Of a stretch of 64,000 bases of DNA, positions 39,398 through 52,481 are shown piece after piece (the first letter of the stretch is position 1; each line of letters begins with the position of its first letter). The DNA lies in NCBI GenBank assembly GCA_951406725.2, contig OX597815.1:87420001-87484000 (forward strand), read 5' to 3'. The translations under genes and the position numbers were made by a program. The stretch comes from Octopus vulgaris. Its lineage: Eukaryota. The notes below the pieces were generated by a model, which searched no databases, was not told where the DNA came from, and saw nothing but the letters and a program-made list of their open reading frames with translations.

Positions 39398-39490
39398 GAC
39401 TACGTATGTTTCATGGCTATAATGAAATTCGAATTACAATTAAATTTAATTGAAATGAATTCAATTTTAAATTATAGTCAATCTTCAGGT
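39398..39490 (-). ncRNA. Type I hammerhead-like motif with long AT-rich helix II
   Basis: AC CTGAAGA T TGACTATAAT...ATTATAGCCA T GAAAC ATAC GTA GTC; the element's 3' end runs into (TA)n at ~39250. Confidence 0.65.
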
Positions 39491-40349
39491 TAACAATAAT
39501 AGTTAAATAAATAAGCAAACAGAGTTAAACAATATTTATTAAAAAAATAAATAAAATAATGTTTTTTCTTATAGAAGAAATACCATTAACTAAATTTGAA
39601 ACTTAAAACATTAATATCAGTTCCCTACAATACATTTATTATGTTAAATATTTAAGGTAAAAAAATAGAGTAAATAGAGAGAAAAATGTATTTATCTGTG
39701 AAGATATAATTTAGCTTACAAAACATTAATAAACTATAGAATATCTTTAACCTGGTTATACTCTAATATTTAATTACTAAACTATTTAACAAAACAATCA
39801 CTATTAATATTTTTAGATTTTAGTTCGCATATAATAATTATAAAATAATAAATACATAAAAATAAGTATCTAAATTACAATCAACAAATATAGTAATTAA
39901 AAATCTATATTTTTTCTATCAATAAGCATATAAACATATACCAATAAATAAATTATTCCATTATTACTTACATAAATATAGATATCTTTAGAAAATATTT
40001 ATGAAATACAAATTAAGAATTGAAAAATTCCTGATTAAAAGGGGATCTGTAGGATGAAAATTTTGAAAAAGTTTGGGAACCAAGGATATAGAATAGCTTC
40101 ATGAAATCCAGGTGACTGTGTGAAGGCACCGAGAAGGCCACAGGTGAAGTGGAAGACCCATTTGTCACGGCTTCTTTTGACATTTGAACAGGCCGTATGC
40201 CCAAGGAGATTTGAAAGATTCAGTTTTGAATCTGAACCAGGGTGAGACTACAACTATAGATTTAGGTTTACTTGTCCTGTATGTGTGTATTATATAAGAG
40301 AAAAGCATGTAATAATTGAAAGAAAAATGAATTTCATATACGAATTTCT

Positions 40350-40624
40350 GTTTGTTCTTCAAGTTGCAAACCAGCAACTTTTAGTATTTGGCCCTGAGTT
40401 TTATTAATGCTCATGGCAAAAGAAAGTAGGATAAGAAACTGTAATGGCTTAACTTGGACTGAGACATTAGATGGTATAACTGGCATGTGATGAATGAAGA
40501 CAGTGTCACCTTTACCACAACCAGTGAGAATATTTACTTCAATGCAGTTCCTCATAAGTTTGTGCACAATTAATGTTGTACCATTGCATAATTTTTGTTG
40601 AGACAAATTAGACAATTGCATAAT
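40350..40624 (-). mobile_element. Helitron Pif1-like helicase fragment
   Basis: LCNGT.L.V.KL..N.IE..ILTG..KG..VFI...P.IPS......K.LQF...LSFAMSINKTQGQ.L. Confidence 0.9.
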
Positions 40625-40871
40625 AGATATGGAAAAAGCATAATAGCTTACCTTGAACAACTTACTTTCATTTTGGTTGACAAATGAATGAACAAACACA
40701 CAAATGGAAAGAATCTCTCTTTGAATCTCTCTTTTATATATATATAGATAATAATAATAGTAGATAAGATACATATACATAATAGCTTCCCTTGAACCAT
40801 TTACTTTCGTTTTGGTGGACAAACAAACGGACAAACAAACGAACAAACACACAAATGGACTGAATCTCTCC

Positions 40872-40969
<98 letters not shown>

Positions 40970-42485
40970 AGGGGAGAGATTAGACATAAAAAAACGTAAA
41001 TATATACACACATACACATAAAAATAATAATATGCATATAATATTAGGTATAAAAATGCCTATGTTAATCTCTTTTTCATTTATATAGTCATACTATATT
41101 TAAAGTGTTGATGCTTTTGTGTGGTGATAACAGTTACATTGTCAAATTTAGTCATTTAAGAAACACAGAAAGCATTCCGTTCACATTTGTTTTTTAATAA
41201 CATTGCTTCTTATGAAGTATCTAGCTTTAAGAAACTATACAATTAAGATATAAGTGAGAGTTACCATAACTATGTTTATGTGTTACTAATGAGCCCTTCA
41301 TGAGGTAATTATTTCAGCTTCAATACACAATCTCAGATGATATGAGTTGCCAAACAAGTACACTTCTCTAGCAGATGTAAATTCATTGAAACTCTGCAGA
41401 TTTTTTTTTTTTTTGTATATGTATTCAACCCATAGCTGTGAAGTACTTGTGTCTTTGATTTGAAAGAATATTGCTGTCTGATGTTGTGTGATATCTCATT
41501 CTACTTGACCAATATCTTTCAAAGACCATGCTTCAGACGATTGCTTTTATAATGATTTGGTTGTCACATTCTGTCTGGTGTTTGTTTATTGAGAACAGCA
41601 TTTGTTGTTTAATTAATATGGCTTCAACAATATTTGTGGGTTGTTTCTGCAATTCCATGTGTGTGTGTGTGTGTGTGTGTATGTGTGTGTGAACACGCAC
41701 ACATGTATACATGTACATACATAATTATATTAAAGTAAGACATAGTCTTGGTAAAGCACTGACCTGGATTGAATTCTTCATTGCAGCTATATCAGTTTAC
41801 TAAAGCTTCTAATTTTCTTTCTAAACTTATAATACTGGTCACATCTTTACCATTCCCTCTTTGATCATCCATTCATAGATACATTTGATCACAAGCATTA
41901 AACAGTTCATTGTATTTATCAGATTAGTGTATTGCTATATACAACCTGTTGATAAAAATATGTACTTATATCTGTTAGTAATTAATGTGAGTCTATTTGT
42001 ATATTAGCACATTACTATCCAATCTATGGCACATTAAACTATATGTAGCCTATATACAATTACTTCTACTACTATTTACGGTGTTCTCCATATTTTGATT
42101 TTTAGACATTAGTGAAGATGTTGACAGGTAAAATAATCTATTTATTCTCTGTATATAGCACTAATATTCTTTCTAACTTTCTCACTGCCTCTCTACAGTT
42201 TTCTAATATACTTCTTATCTAACATATATATGACTAATATTAGCCCTTTTTTTACTAAAAAAGTTTAGTCTTTAAATTACTAACTGCACTTGGTAACATA
42301 AATATCAAAAAAGTTTGCAGTGGTTGCAGTTCACTTTGAATCTCTGTGGTTTAGAGTTGGCACTGCTAGGTAGTGACATCTGCTACAGCTGCAAACTGGC
42401 TTTTATATATATATGTATACACGGTGAGTTTCTTATATATATATATATAACAAAGTGGAGTTGTGGGGTACCGCACGAGTGGAAT

Positions 42486-43198
42486 TATATACGAAAGAAG
42501 GTTTGAAAATGCAATTTAAAAGATGTTTATTTACTTTACCGGTTTCACTCTTTGGAAAAAGATTGTCAAAAGTAACATGTAGAAGTTTGGTTGCGTTAAT
42601 TATTGGTTGTTGCAAATTGCTACATTACATATATACAGTCTTTGGTAACAGGGGCATGTTAAAAATATAAAAAAGTTCAACAAGTTCCTTAAAATATTGG
42701 GCACAAAAGATTACTACATAAATAATCATTCTCAAGGACATGCTTAAGATAGTTTCCAGAAGGAATTGATATTGGTATTGTATCTGTATATTCAAACATG
42801 CACAGAATATTGGTTGACACAGAGTACTATAATCCATATAAATATACATTCTTTGGTGACAAGATTATATTGAGAATATAAAAAAGTTTAACAAGCTCAT
42901 TGAAATAATGGGCACAAAAGATTACAACAAATATATTATACATCTCAAGATAATTTCCAGGAGGAATTATTAAAAAAGTTCAGTATACACGTACAGAATA
43001 TTATGAGTTCAAAAAGATTTACATTATAATAGTGGTGAAGCTAAAACTGACCTGTCCGGACTATTATAATGTAAATCTTTAATGTAAATAATTAACGCAA
43101 CCAAACTTCTACATGTTACTTTTGACAATCTTTTTCCAAAGAGTGAAACCGGTAAAGTAAATAAACATCTTTTAAATTGCATTTTCAAACCTTCTTTC

Positions 43199-43205
<7 letters not shown>
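42486..43205. mobile_element. Element with 119-bp inverted ends containing GAAACCGGTA (Penelope pLTR-like), in (TA)n
   Basis: 42486-42604 is the reverse complement of 43087-43205; a second pair is 43013-43033/43060-43080; internal diverged ~210-bp direct repeat. Confidence 0.75.
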
Positions 43206-43279
<74 letters not shown>

Positions 43280-46200
43280 CATTATCATAATTTTAATGTT
43301 AGCTTTTCCATGTTTGCATGGGCCAAATGAAATTCGTGATGCAACTTTTCTACAACTGGGTACTCTTCATGTTGCCAACTGCCAACCCTCACCTGTATCC
43401 AAGCAAGATAATATTTCCTCTAGTTCTTCAAACATGACCACATATGTTATCACATGGCCACATGTGTTATCACAAAAGATTATAACAATTAGTGTATGAC
43501 ATCAAGACAAGGAGACATAAACATATACACACTCTCCCCACTCTCTTTCTCTCTCTCTCTCTATCTCTCTCTCAGGCACAGACACCCTAACGATACACAA
43601 ACACACATATAATATATGTATATGTCAGGAACATGCCGTCTAGGTAGGCAGTGCCTACTCTGAATAAAATAGATTGATATTAATATTTTCCTTTTATGAC
43701 AAAATATGCACTTAATTCAATAAAATTATGAAGGCTACTCTGATTATAATACATAAAATGCAAAATATTGTATTGTTTTGTAGATTAGGCAGGCATAAGT
43801 TGCCCCTGCCTTTCAATCTCAGTATTAAAGCTACACATAGAACTGCTGTAGTACACTTGCTGCATACACTCCTACAACAATGTTTTCTTTACGTGCTATA
43901 AAGGCAGAAGTAAATCTGTCTACGACACAGTTGTGCACCTGCGTTTTGCTTATTTGTTTTGCATATGTTTTACTACATAAACGTCACCAACTGCTTACCC
44001 TGATTAATTACTGATGGCACATGCCCGGTATATGTATATATGAAGGACTTCTTTAGTTTTTGTCTACAAAATTTACTCTCAAGGTTTGGATCATCTCAGA
44101 GCTATAGTAGAAGACAATTGTCTAAGGAAATTTATTTTGGGGCCAAGTCCACTTCTTAAATACACGGTTATGCCATATCATCCAGTCATGTTGCTTGTCC
44201 GGATTCATGTGACTCTCTGTCACCATCCAATTCTATTATTCATTGGAATTTTAATCTGGAGCTTGAGTTATAATGAATCTTTCATTTGCTGATTATACAA
44301 CCATGGATGTCACCCCTATAGATGTGTTGCAGTTACTCACTTGATAGAGCTTGGCAATCCTAACCATTGATCTTCTGGGATTTCTCCATTCAGCATTGAT
44401 GTAAGAAGCACTGTTGGCTTAGTTGGGCCTTTGGGTGTATAGAGAGAAAGATCTTGACATGTGTGCCAATTCAAAGACAGAGTTACCATTCATTCAAAAA
44501 GTGTCTTTTGTTTACTATCTTTCACAAAAACATGTCTGGCCACTGAGCTGTTTGTTGATTGAAGGACCAGGGGAAATATTTTTTGATGGGAAACAGGTGG
44601 GGCTTACTGGCAGAGAGAGCAGTTAGTAATAGAAAAACTACCTCAATAAGTCTCTGACCTATGTTAATATGGAGAAGTGGATGTCATAACAGTGATGACG
44701 ACATATATATGCGTGTGTGTGTGTGTCATACATTAAACAGCTGAACTGTATCTGATGAGTTGGATGTTTGCACCAAGCTCCATTGTTTCAATTTTGACAT
44801 GGTTTCTATGGTTGGATACATTTTCTGACACCAGTCACTTTACAGAGTGTATTGGGTGCATGTTTTGTGTCATGAGTCTTTTCCCTTGCAAAACTGAAGA
44901 GTTTTCATCTCAACCTTGCTTGTCTCTATTCAGTTTACCAACCATTTTACAAAGCATACTGGGTGCCTTTTTCATGGCACCAGCACTGGTGAGATCACCT
45001 TGTAACTTGCAAACTAAACAGCTCCCACAACTAAAAGAAAAATAGAAGAGAGTATGTGATGATTTCAGGTGAGTTGATGAGTGAGGGTGAAGTATGATGA
45101 GAGGAAAAGGTTTATTGTTGTGAGACGATAGTGGAGAGAGTAACAGAGTAGTAAGACTGGTGAAGTGGCTAATGTTTGAGGTGAATAAGGGTAGAAGGTG
45201 TAGAAGGAAGGGAACAAGAAAGAGAGAAAGAGATAAGGGTGATGAAGAGACAAAATGGCTCTGGGAGAAGGTCATTGAAGGAAAGAGATGTGTGGTAGGG
45301 TCATGGGGCTGGGCCATAGAGAGAATGATGAGAGGGCTTCAGGTCGAACAGAAGTTGTGAGGAAAGGACAGTGAAAGAGAAAGAGAGAGTTAGAAAGCAG
45401 TGGGTGAGTACAATGAGAGAAAGAGGGGCTAGCAGGTACCATAATGCTTGTGAGGAGACATATAAATAGATATGTGTGTAGATGCAGGCATGGCTGTGTG
45501 GTTAAAAGGTTTATTTCTTCCTAGTCACATGATTTCGAGTTAAGTCCCTCAGCATGGGACCTTGAGCAAGTAGCTTCTACTCTTCTAGACCAACTAAAGC
45601 TTTGTGAATGGATTGTGTGTATGAATGTGTGTGTGCATGTATGAATGTGTGTGTTTGTGTACATATGTGTGTTTGTATGAGTGAGCTTGTATTTTCCTTG
45701 CATTCACTGGCTTTTTAAAAAATAAAGGTAGCTTTCTGACAGTGACATTTGCTTGCAGTCCATGGTATTTTTTTTATTGAAGTAGCCTGGTGAAGACCCT
45801 CTGGTATAAAAGCCTGCAGCTGAAATAGTTATGATCAGTTTGCTCTCACTTGTCACAGGATATTTTACAATGGATACTTCTTGTATAAGCATGTAACTGT
45901 AATCCAAAAATGTAAAGACTTTATCGCTTTAATTTTTCATTTTGCTTCTTTCTTAGATGATAAGCTGGTCTTAAGAGCCAACTCGAAACACATGGGTGCA
46001 TGACAGTGAACAGTGATTGACTGAACTGTAACTAACAAGATGGCCATTATCTCACTAGGTGAATTAATTGTCATGTGTGTGAGTGCATTGGTATGCATGT
46101 TTGTGTTGTGTGTTTACACATACATGCATATATCTGTAGGCATGGTTCTGAATCCTGTTGTTTTAGGTTACTTCCAAAGTATGGAATTCATTGACTGGTG

Positions 46201-46517
46201 TCTTCCATTGGGTTGACCAGTACCTTATGAGTGAAATTTGGTTGATGGAACATGGAAGAAGCCTATTATAAATATATATTTTGAGGGCCCTTTAGTCTTG
46301 ATGAAGGTGTAAAAACCTCTCTAATGCTGATGCCACTAAAAATGCATCCAATACACTTTGTGTAAAGTGATTGGTGTTAGGAAGGACATCAAGCCAAAGA
46401 AACCAAATAAAAACTGAAACTTCCATGCAAGATGTAGTCTCCTGACCTGTCTAAGAAAGCAGAAATGATCCATCGAAATTATATCAGTATGGAAATCAGA
46501 TGTAAAATGACAACAAC

Positions 46518-46559
<42 letters not shown>

Positions 46560-47093
46560 ACATGTATGTGGTTTTTCTTTCCTTTTGTCTTTATGTGAGT
46601 GTGCTAATTGCAAACAAAAGTCTCCATCATACAACAGTGTAATTTGTTTCCAATCCTCTGCAAAGGCTTTTTCAGTTATAATAGAGCTGCTAATTGCTTG
46701 AAGAGAGTAACTATAGACAACTGCTTTTAAATCTTCAGTTTCTTTGCCCAGATTATATATTAACATTTATACCAATAATAATTGGTGCACTTGGTTTTGT
46801 TGTTAAATGCTTGAATAACAATCTAGAAAAGCTAGGGTTTTCAGAAAAAGAAGCCAACTAGCTAATATGCACATTACAAATTCAATCTGTAAGTGGAACA
46901 GTAAAAATATGCAAAACTTTTCTCAAAATTAAAATGCAACATAGCTTTTGTTATAACATTCCAATGATGGAGTTTTGTATCTTTGTTAGAAACCAGTTCC
47001 TTCTTTACAGGAAGATTCCAAATGATTAAAAATAGAAAACATATATACATACCTATCTATATAAATACATATATATATATCTAATCTTTTCAG

Positions 47094-47497
47094 ATTATGA
47101 CTGTTTTTTAAAGGATTCTAAAATTGATGAAGATCCAGAAATAAGGAATGAGAGTCTTTCGAATTATGAAGAAAGAGATGAACCTGAAAAAGTTCTAGAA
47201 GCAAATGTGTCTGATCCTACAGAGATGAAACTTTGGCAGTTGGTTGAGACAGCTACATCAAAAGTGTCACACAGGCAGAATACTCAAGTGAACAAATCTC
47301 AAGATGGTTGTGGCACTGAAGCCAGTCATCCATCTGCTGTTCATCAATCTGAATCACATGAATCTCAAGATAACACTGTCCAACCAGACTTGCTAGAGAG
47401 GCACAACTTGTCTTCACAACCTAAACATGCATTACCAACATCTTCGAGTTTATTTCAGGACGGAACCAATTCTCACAATATCAATGTTCAAGTCTAG
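47094..47497 (+). CDS. CCDC149: CCDC149 terminal coding exon (DYDCFLKDSKIDEDPE...HNINVQV*)
   Basis: ctaat branch + ttttcag acceptor, phase 1, 404 nt open to TAG at 47495-47497; followed by AT-rich UTR-like DNA with AATAAA at 47981 and 49371. Confidence 0.8.
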
Positions 47498-50400
47498 CTA
47501 GTCTTAGCACTTTGATAGTTTTCGGTTACTCTAAAGTTAATAACTTATTTTTTAAGCAAAAATAAGAAATTCTCCTTAAAACACTTTCGTAGAAAATTTT
47601 CAAGTTAAATTTTTATTTAATATTTTAAACCTATTTTTTTTTAACCATTATCCCATGCTAATATGGGTGAGGTAGGATATTGTTATGTATTGTTATTGAT
47701 ATTGTGGGGGATTTTAGTGGGGTGGAGATTGGCAAATTTACAATTTAATCACAAACTACTTAACCATGACATAAAAAGAGGTACCAATTTTCAAAGCCAC
47801 CTGAACAAATTATTAACATACAAATTGCTCAATATTTCAATAATAATATAGGAGGATTTTCATTAATTATTCCTTCATTATTTCTAATAATCAGTTTTAA
47901 TCTTCTAGGATTAGTTCCCTATGTATTTAGACATTTAGCTATACCATTCTTACCAAGATAGTGTGAGGTGCCACAAATACAATAAATTTGAACTTTTGAA
48001 CATGTGATTTATTGTATATAATACTTTAATATCACTGCTACTCTCTCTATGATAATGAGGAAAAACAAAATCTGCAACTTTTAGTATAGTTATTTCATCA
48101 AAATATTTGTTGGGGGAGTTGTAATTATAGTGCCTAACTTTTACTTCTTTTTGCTGTAATTTACCTTCCTTTCAACTTCAGATCATCGTAAATATTGAAT
48201 ATATTCCTATAAGCAGAATGCATTATTATTATGAAGGCTTAGCAGTATATCTTCCAGTTCTTTACTTTATTTCTTATCAGTATTTCTTCCAGCTCTTTAC
48301 AGTATTTCTTTCATCTCTGAGCTGAAATGCTGCCAAGGTCAACTTTGCTTTTCATCTTTTAGAGTTGAAAAATAAGTACCAATTGAGCACTGGGACTGAT
48401 GTAATCAACTTCCCCCACCCCTTAAAAATTACTGGCCTTGTGCTAAAATTAGAAAGAATCGTTAAGAAGGTAGAAACTGTTAAGTACCAGTATTTAGTTC
48501 TGAGTTCAAATCCCAGTAAGTGGACTTTGCATTTTATCCCTAACAAGCCATGAACTTGTATCAATTTAACTGGCTATACACTTTGACATATGACTTTGTG
48601 TCAGTGTAAGAAATTATGTGTGTTTGAAATGGAATCATGTGTATCTTATAAATTTCAGCTGGTAGAGTCTTTACTTCTCAGGACAGGCTTTACTTAAAAA
48701 CCTTACCACCTCTAAATTCAAGAATATTCTAACTATAAATAACACTTGAAACAAACTTCTATTGATGCTGTGTAACTAATGAGTACTTCATCAATTATGT
48801 TAGAAGTATTTTCAACATTAAGTTTGGGGTATACATTGAGTACTGAAGTAAGCAAGCCAGTTTTGATTCCTGAGCAAAGTCACTTCATTTCACTCGCATG
48901 ATTATTACTTTCGAAAAAGTCATTACCTCACAATAAATCCTTCTTGTTACAATCTTATCGCTTTGGGTCTCAGTAAAGAAATTTCTCTTATATTCATGAA
49001 GTGGCTGGTACTGTAAAACTGATTCCAACTTTGGTTCTGGATCTCTATGCAACTACTATTTCATTCAACTTATAATTACCAACAAGCTTGCATTTTTGTA
49101 TGCAATGTTCAGGTTTAATAAATGAATATATTGAGTTTGTGACATATGTATTATTGCCAAGGTTTAGAGTATTTTTACAAGGGGAGGGGGGAGATAAGAA
49201 TTGGTTGTTATTCTATTTTTTTCTTGTTTTAATATACATTTTTAGAAGAGGAAAAAAAGGACTTTATCAAAAGTAACGTTTTAACTTGAAACCTGTTGTA
49301 TTATTTTTCATTTTTTTTTTGTTACATACTATTCTTGTTACCTTTTTTATACAAATCTTGCTAAATAAGCAATAAAATGTGATTATATACTTCAATCTTA
49401 ACTTTTCTTGAAAACCTCTTGTTTATATCAAATATAGAAGTTCTATTTAGAATGGATAAACCTCACTTTACTCCCCATACTAGCAATTATCTAGGAGGAC
49501 AGATAGCTATCTAACTTAACAATTTGCAAAAATTGTCTTCATGCCAATTGAACCTATCAGAAGTAGCAGTCAGACCTCCCTTAAATCACACCCTATCTTC
49601 AAAAAAGGATACATTGAATAAGAGGGTTCTAAATATTAATTTCCAAGAGTCTCTGAATCATGAAGTTTACATTCTTTTGTCAAATTAGTGCCCCATAACT
49701 TTCATCTTTTAGCATTAAAACTAGCCATATCTGGTTCAAATATTCTATATGTTTTATGATCAAACTGACCAGATCTGCCTTCTCACATTGACCTAACAAT
49801 GTCATTCCAAAAATAAGCAATCACGTCATTGAAATCTCGAAGCTATGAAATAATGCATGATTAATTTAAAACAATGTGAATGAATGAGGATTATATTTGA
49901 CAGTGTAATCTGAATGCCAGAGTTAAATTACTTCTTAACAGTGCTTTTGCTCAGACATCTGTCAATTATTTAAAGCCCTCATTTGAATTTATATCTGTCT
50001 ATAATCTTGTTACACGCACAAAAAAAAATCCTTTCCTTTGGAACTTAAATATTGGAGAGGTCTGGAAGAGCTGAATCAGTAAAGAACTTGATTAAATGAC
50101 TTTGAGTTTTTTTTTTTCTGATCTTCTTTTCAGTTATCAGAGTCAACATTGTCAGTAGAATCTATCCAACACATCTCTAGACTTTGCCACAATTTGAGAA
50201 GTCAGTATTAGAGGTATCAATGAAAGATCTTGCAGAAGTACTAGTACATATGTGAAGTACATCAACATCATCATTTAATGCCTGTCTTCCATACTGGTAT
50301 AGCTCAACAGCAGTTGATGAGGTGGAGGATTATGTCATGCTCTAATGTCTGTTTTGACATGGTTTCTATGGCTGGAATCCCTTCTCATTGCCAACTACTT

Positions 50401-51598
50401 TGCAGAGTGAACTGCACGTTTTCTTTTATGGCACCAACACTAGTGAGGTTATCACATAACTTGCAAGACTAAGATCCACCTCAACTGAGTGGAACTAAAA
50501 GAGAAGGAGGGAACTTTATGCTAGAAGAAAAGTTAAACAATGAAGGCAGGAGCTCAGAAAGGTTTCATGCTCTAGAAGAGATGCATGGCTACCTTGCATT
50601 CAATTAAATTTTATTTTTATAGTATTATATGCATAAACTCCTTGGCATATAGGATGTTGAGTAAATTTAGATTTACTTGACATTCTATCCAGGAGCAAGA
50701 TTTGTTACTGTTGACATTTAGACCAGGTATGGGCTGGGTTTTTTTTTTTTGTTTTTCTTTTGAGAAGCAGGCTGCATCAGGTGGACTATGCTACTTAACA
50801 AATTAAAGGTAATTTTTTGTTTGGCATGGCATTCAGAAAGTACTATGGGCCACAGTTTGCCCACGACTGATTTAGACCCCGTCATCAAAAGTACTTATAA
50901 CTATCTACTGTGTTCTGTCTCTTCAAGAAAAAATGGCAGGCATGATAAGAGAAATTTCATTGTTATTTCTTGCAATTCAATTGATCACGTAGAGATTCTT
51001 CATTGGTTTGCTTCGCCACTTACAAAAATGGAAAACAGTTTTTACCCGAGGCTGTAAATATTTTTAGCCAGAGACATCAATAAATGTATTATTTATTACC
51101 ATATTTCCCACACACAAACACACACCTACATATGATAAAAGAAATGTAAGCTGTATTTGTTTGACATTTTTCTTCAGTAACAAAATTTACAATGAATAGA
51201 ATATGTTGAATATAATCTGTTGGATTTGTAATATAAATTTTTATGAAAGGCAAATACAAGAAAACTGAGAAACCAGCTGGACTTACAAAAAAAAAAAAAT
51301 TATGTGTGCAAGAGCAACAGCTGTATTTCATATGGATATGTAATATAAAGAGATGATAGGTGTTAGGTATAATATTACGAGTACTATCAGCAGCAGTAGA
51401 AATGATAGGATATTGTTTATAAGATGACATGAAAATAGTGCTATATTGTCTAATACACATCAGAATGAGAAGACATTAAAACTGATAAATTTAATCTTAA
51501 TAGTGTTAAGCTGTTGAGACATCTATCAAAAGGACGTCATCCTCTTTTTCAAAAGTGCAAGAGAATAATGAACTTACAAGTAAATAACTTGTGGAGAA

Positions 51599-52481
51599 TA
51601 TGAGGGTTTTATTGAAAGTAATGCAGAAGTGGGTATAACTTTATTGATACAGGTCATTAAAATTGTACATGATGGAATAATGCTTCCTCTAGTAACTCTT
51701 GTCCTTTATGACAAGCAAATAATAGCTAGTAGAAGCAACATGCCATCACTGAGTTATAGATGAAAGATACAGGCTGCATCCACAGGTTACAGGTTATTCA
51801 CAGAACTGACACTGTTTATGAGCAATGTTGCACAGATGGATGAAATTTAAAGGGAGAAGCCAGCATTGGTAACAAACCATTAACTGTGACCACTGACATA
51901 AATCACCAATGAGCAGATGAAATGAATTGCAGACAGACAAGTTACAATTCACAAGCTTGTTGCACAATTAGATTGTGGTCATAATGCATTACAGATAGTG
52001 GAAGACTTAAGGTATTGGAAAGTGAATTCCTCAGAAGCTGACATCCATTTTGAAGGAGAGCATCTAATTTATTGGAAGCATTTGAAACCAATACCTTTTT
52101 TCTCTAGTGATGATGATGGTGACAAGGGATGAAACATGGGTGTACCTTTGATCCAGAAATGAAGACTCAATCCATGGGGAATGACAAGTATATCTTCTGG
52201 CTTCCCCCTCTTCAGCCCAGTCTTCTGTGACAGTTTAGTCTCAGACAAGATGAAAGGAGCTGTGAAGAAGTGTATACAACACAACATGCTTGCATTTTTT
52301 TTCAAAGAGGATTCAAGAGTTGGACTCAAAAATAGTGCATCCCTTGCTATGGAAACTGTGTTGAGTAATACCTTTGCATAGAGGAAGTGTTACTCTACTA
52401 ACATGTGCAATTAGAAAGACTTATGTTGATTAATAAAACAGTTACGCTCATTTTTACAATACTTTTAGTTTAAACCTCATA
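51599..52481 (+). mobile_element. Decayed mariner element
   Basis: TA-TGAGG...CCTCA-TA ends; VTRDETWVY remnant of the mariner VTGDETW motif at ~52119-52145. Confidence 0.7.

Noticed and set aside
40334-41017. 227-aa ORF as an intact gene
   Set aside because: The N-terminal part is translated microsatellite; only 40350-40624 is a degenerate Helitron helicase fragment.
43626-44029. Possible hAT-like MITE with degenerate inverted ends
   Set aside because: The TIR match is weak and the TSD is obscured by TA repeats.
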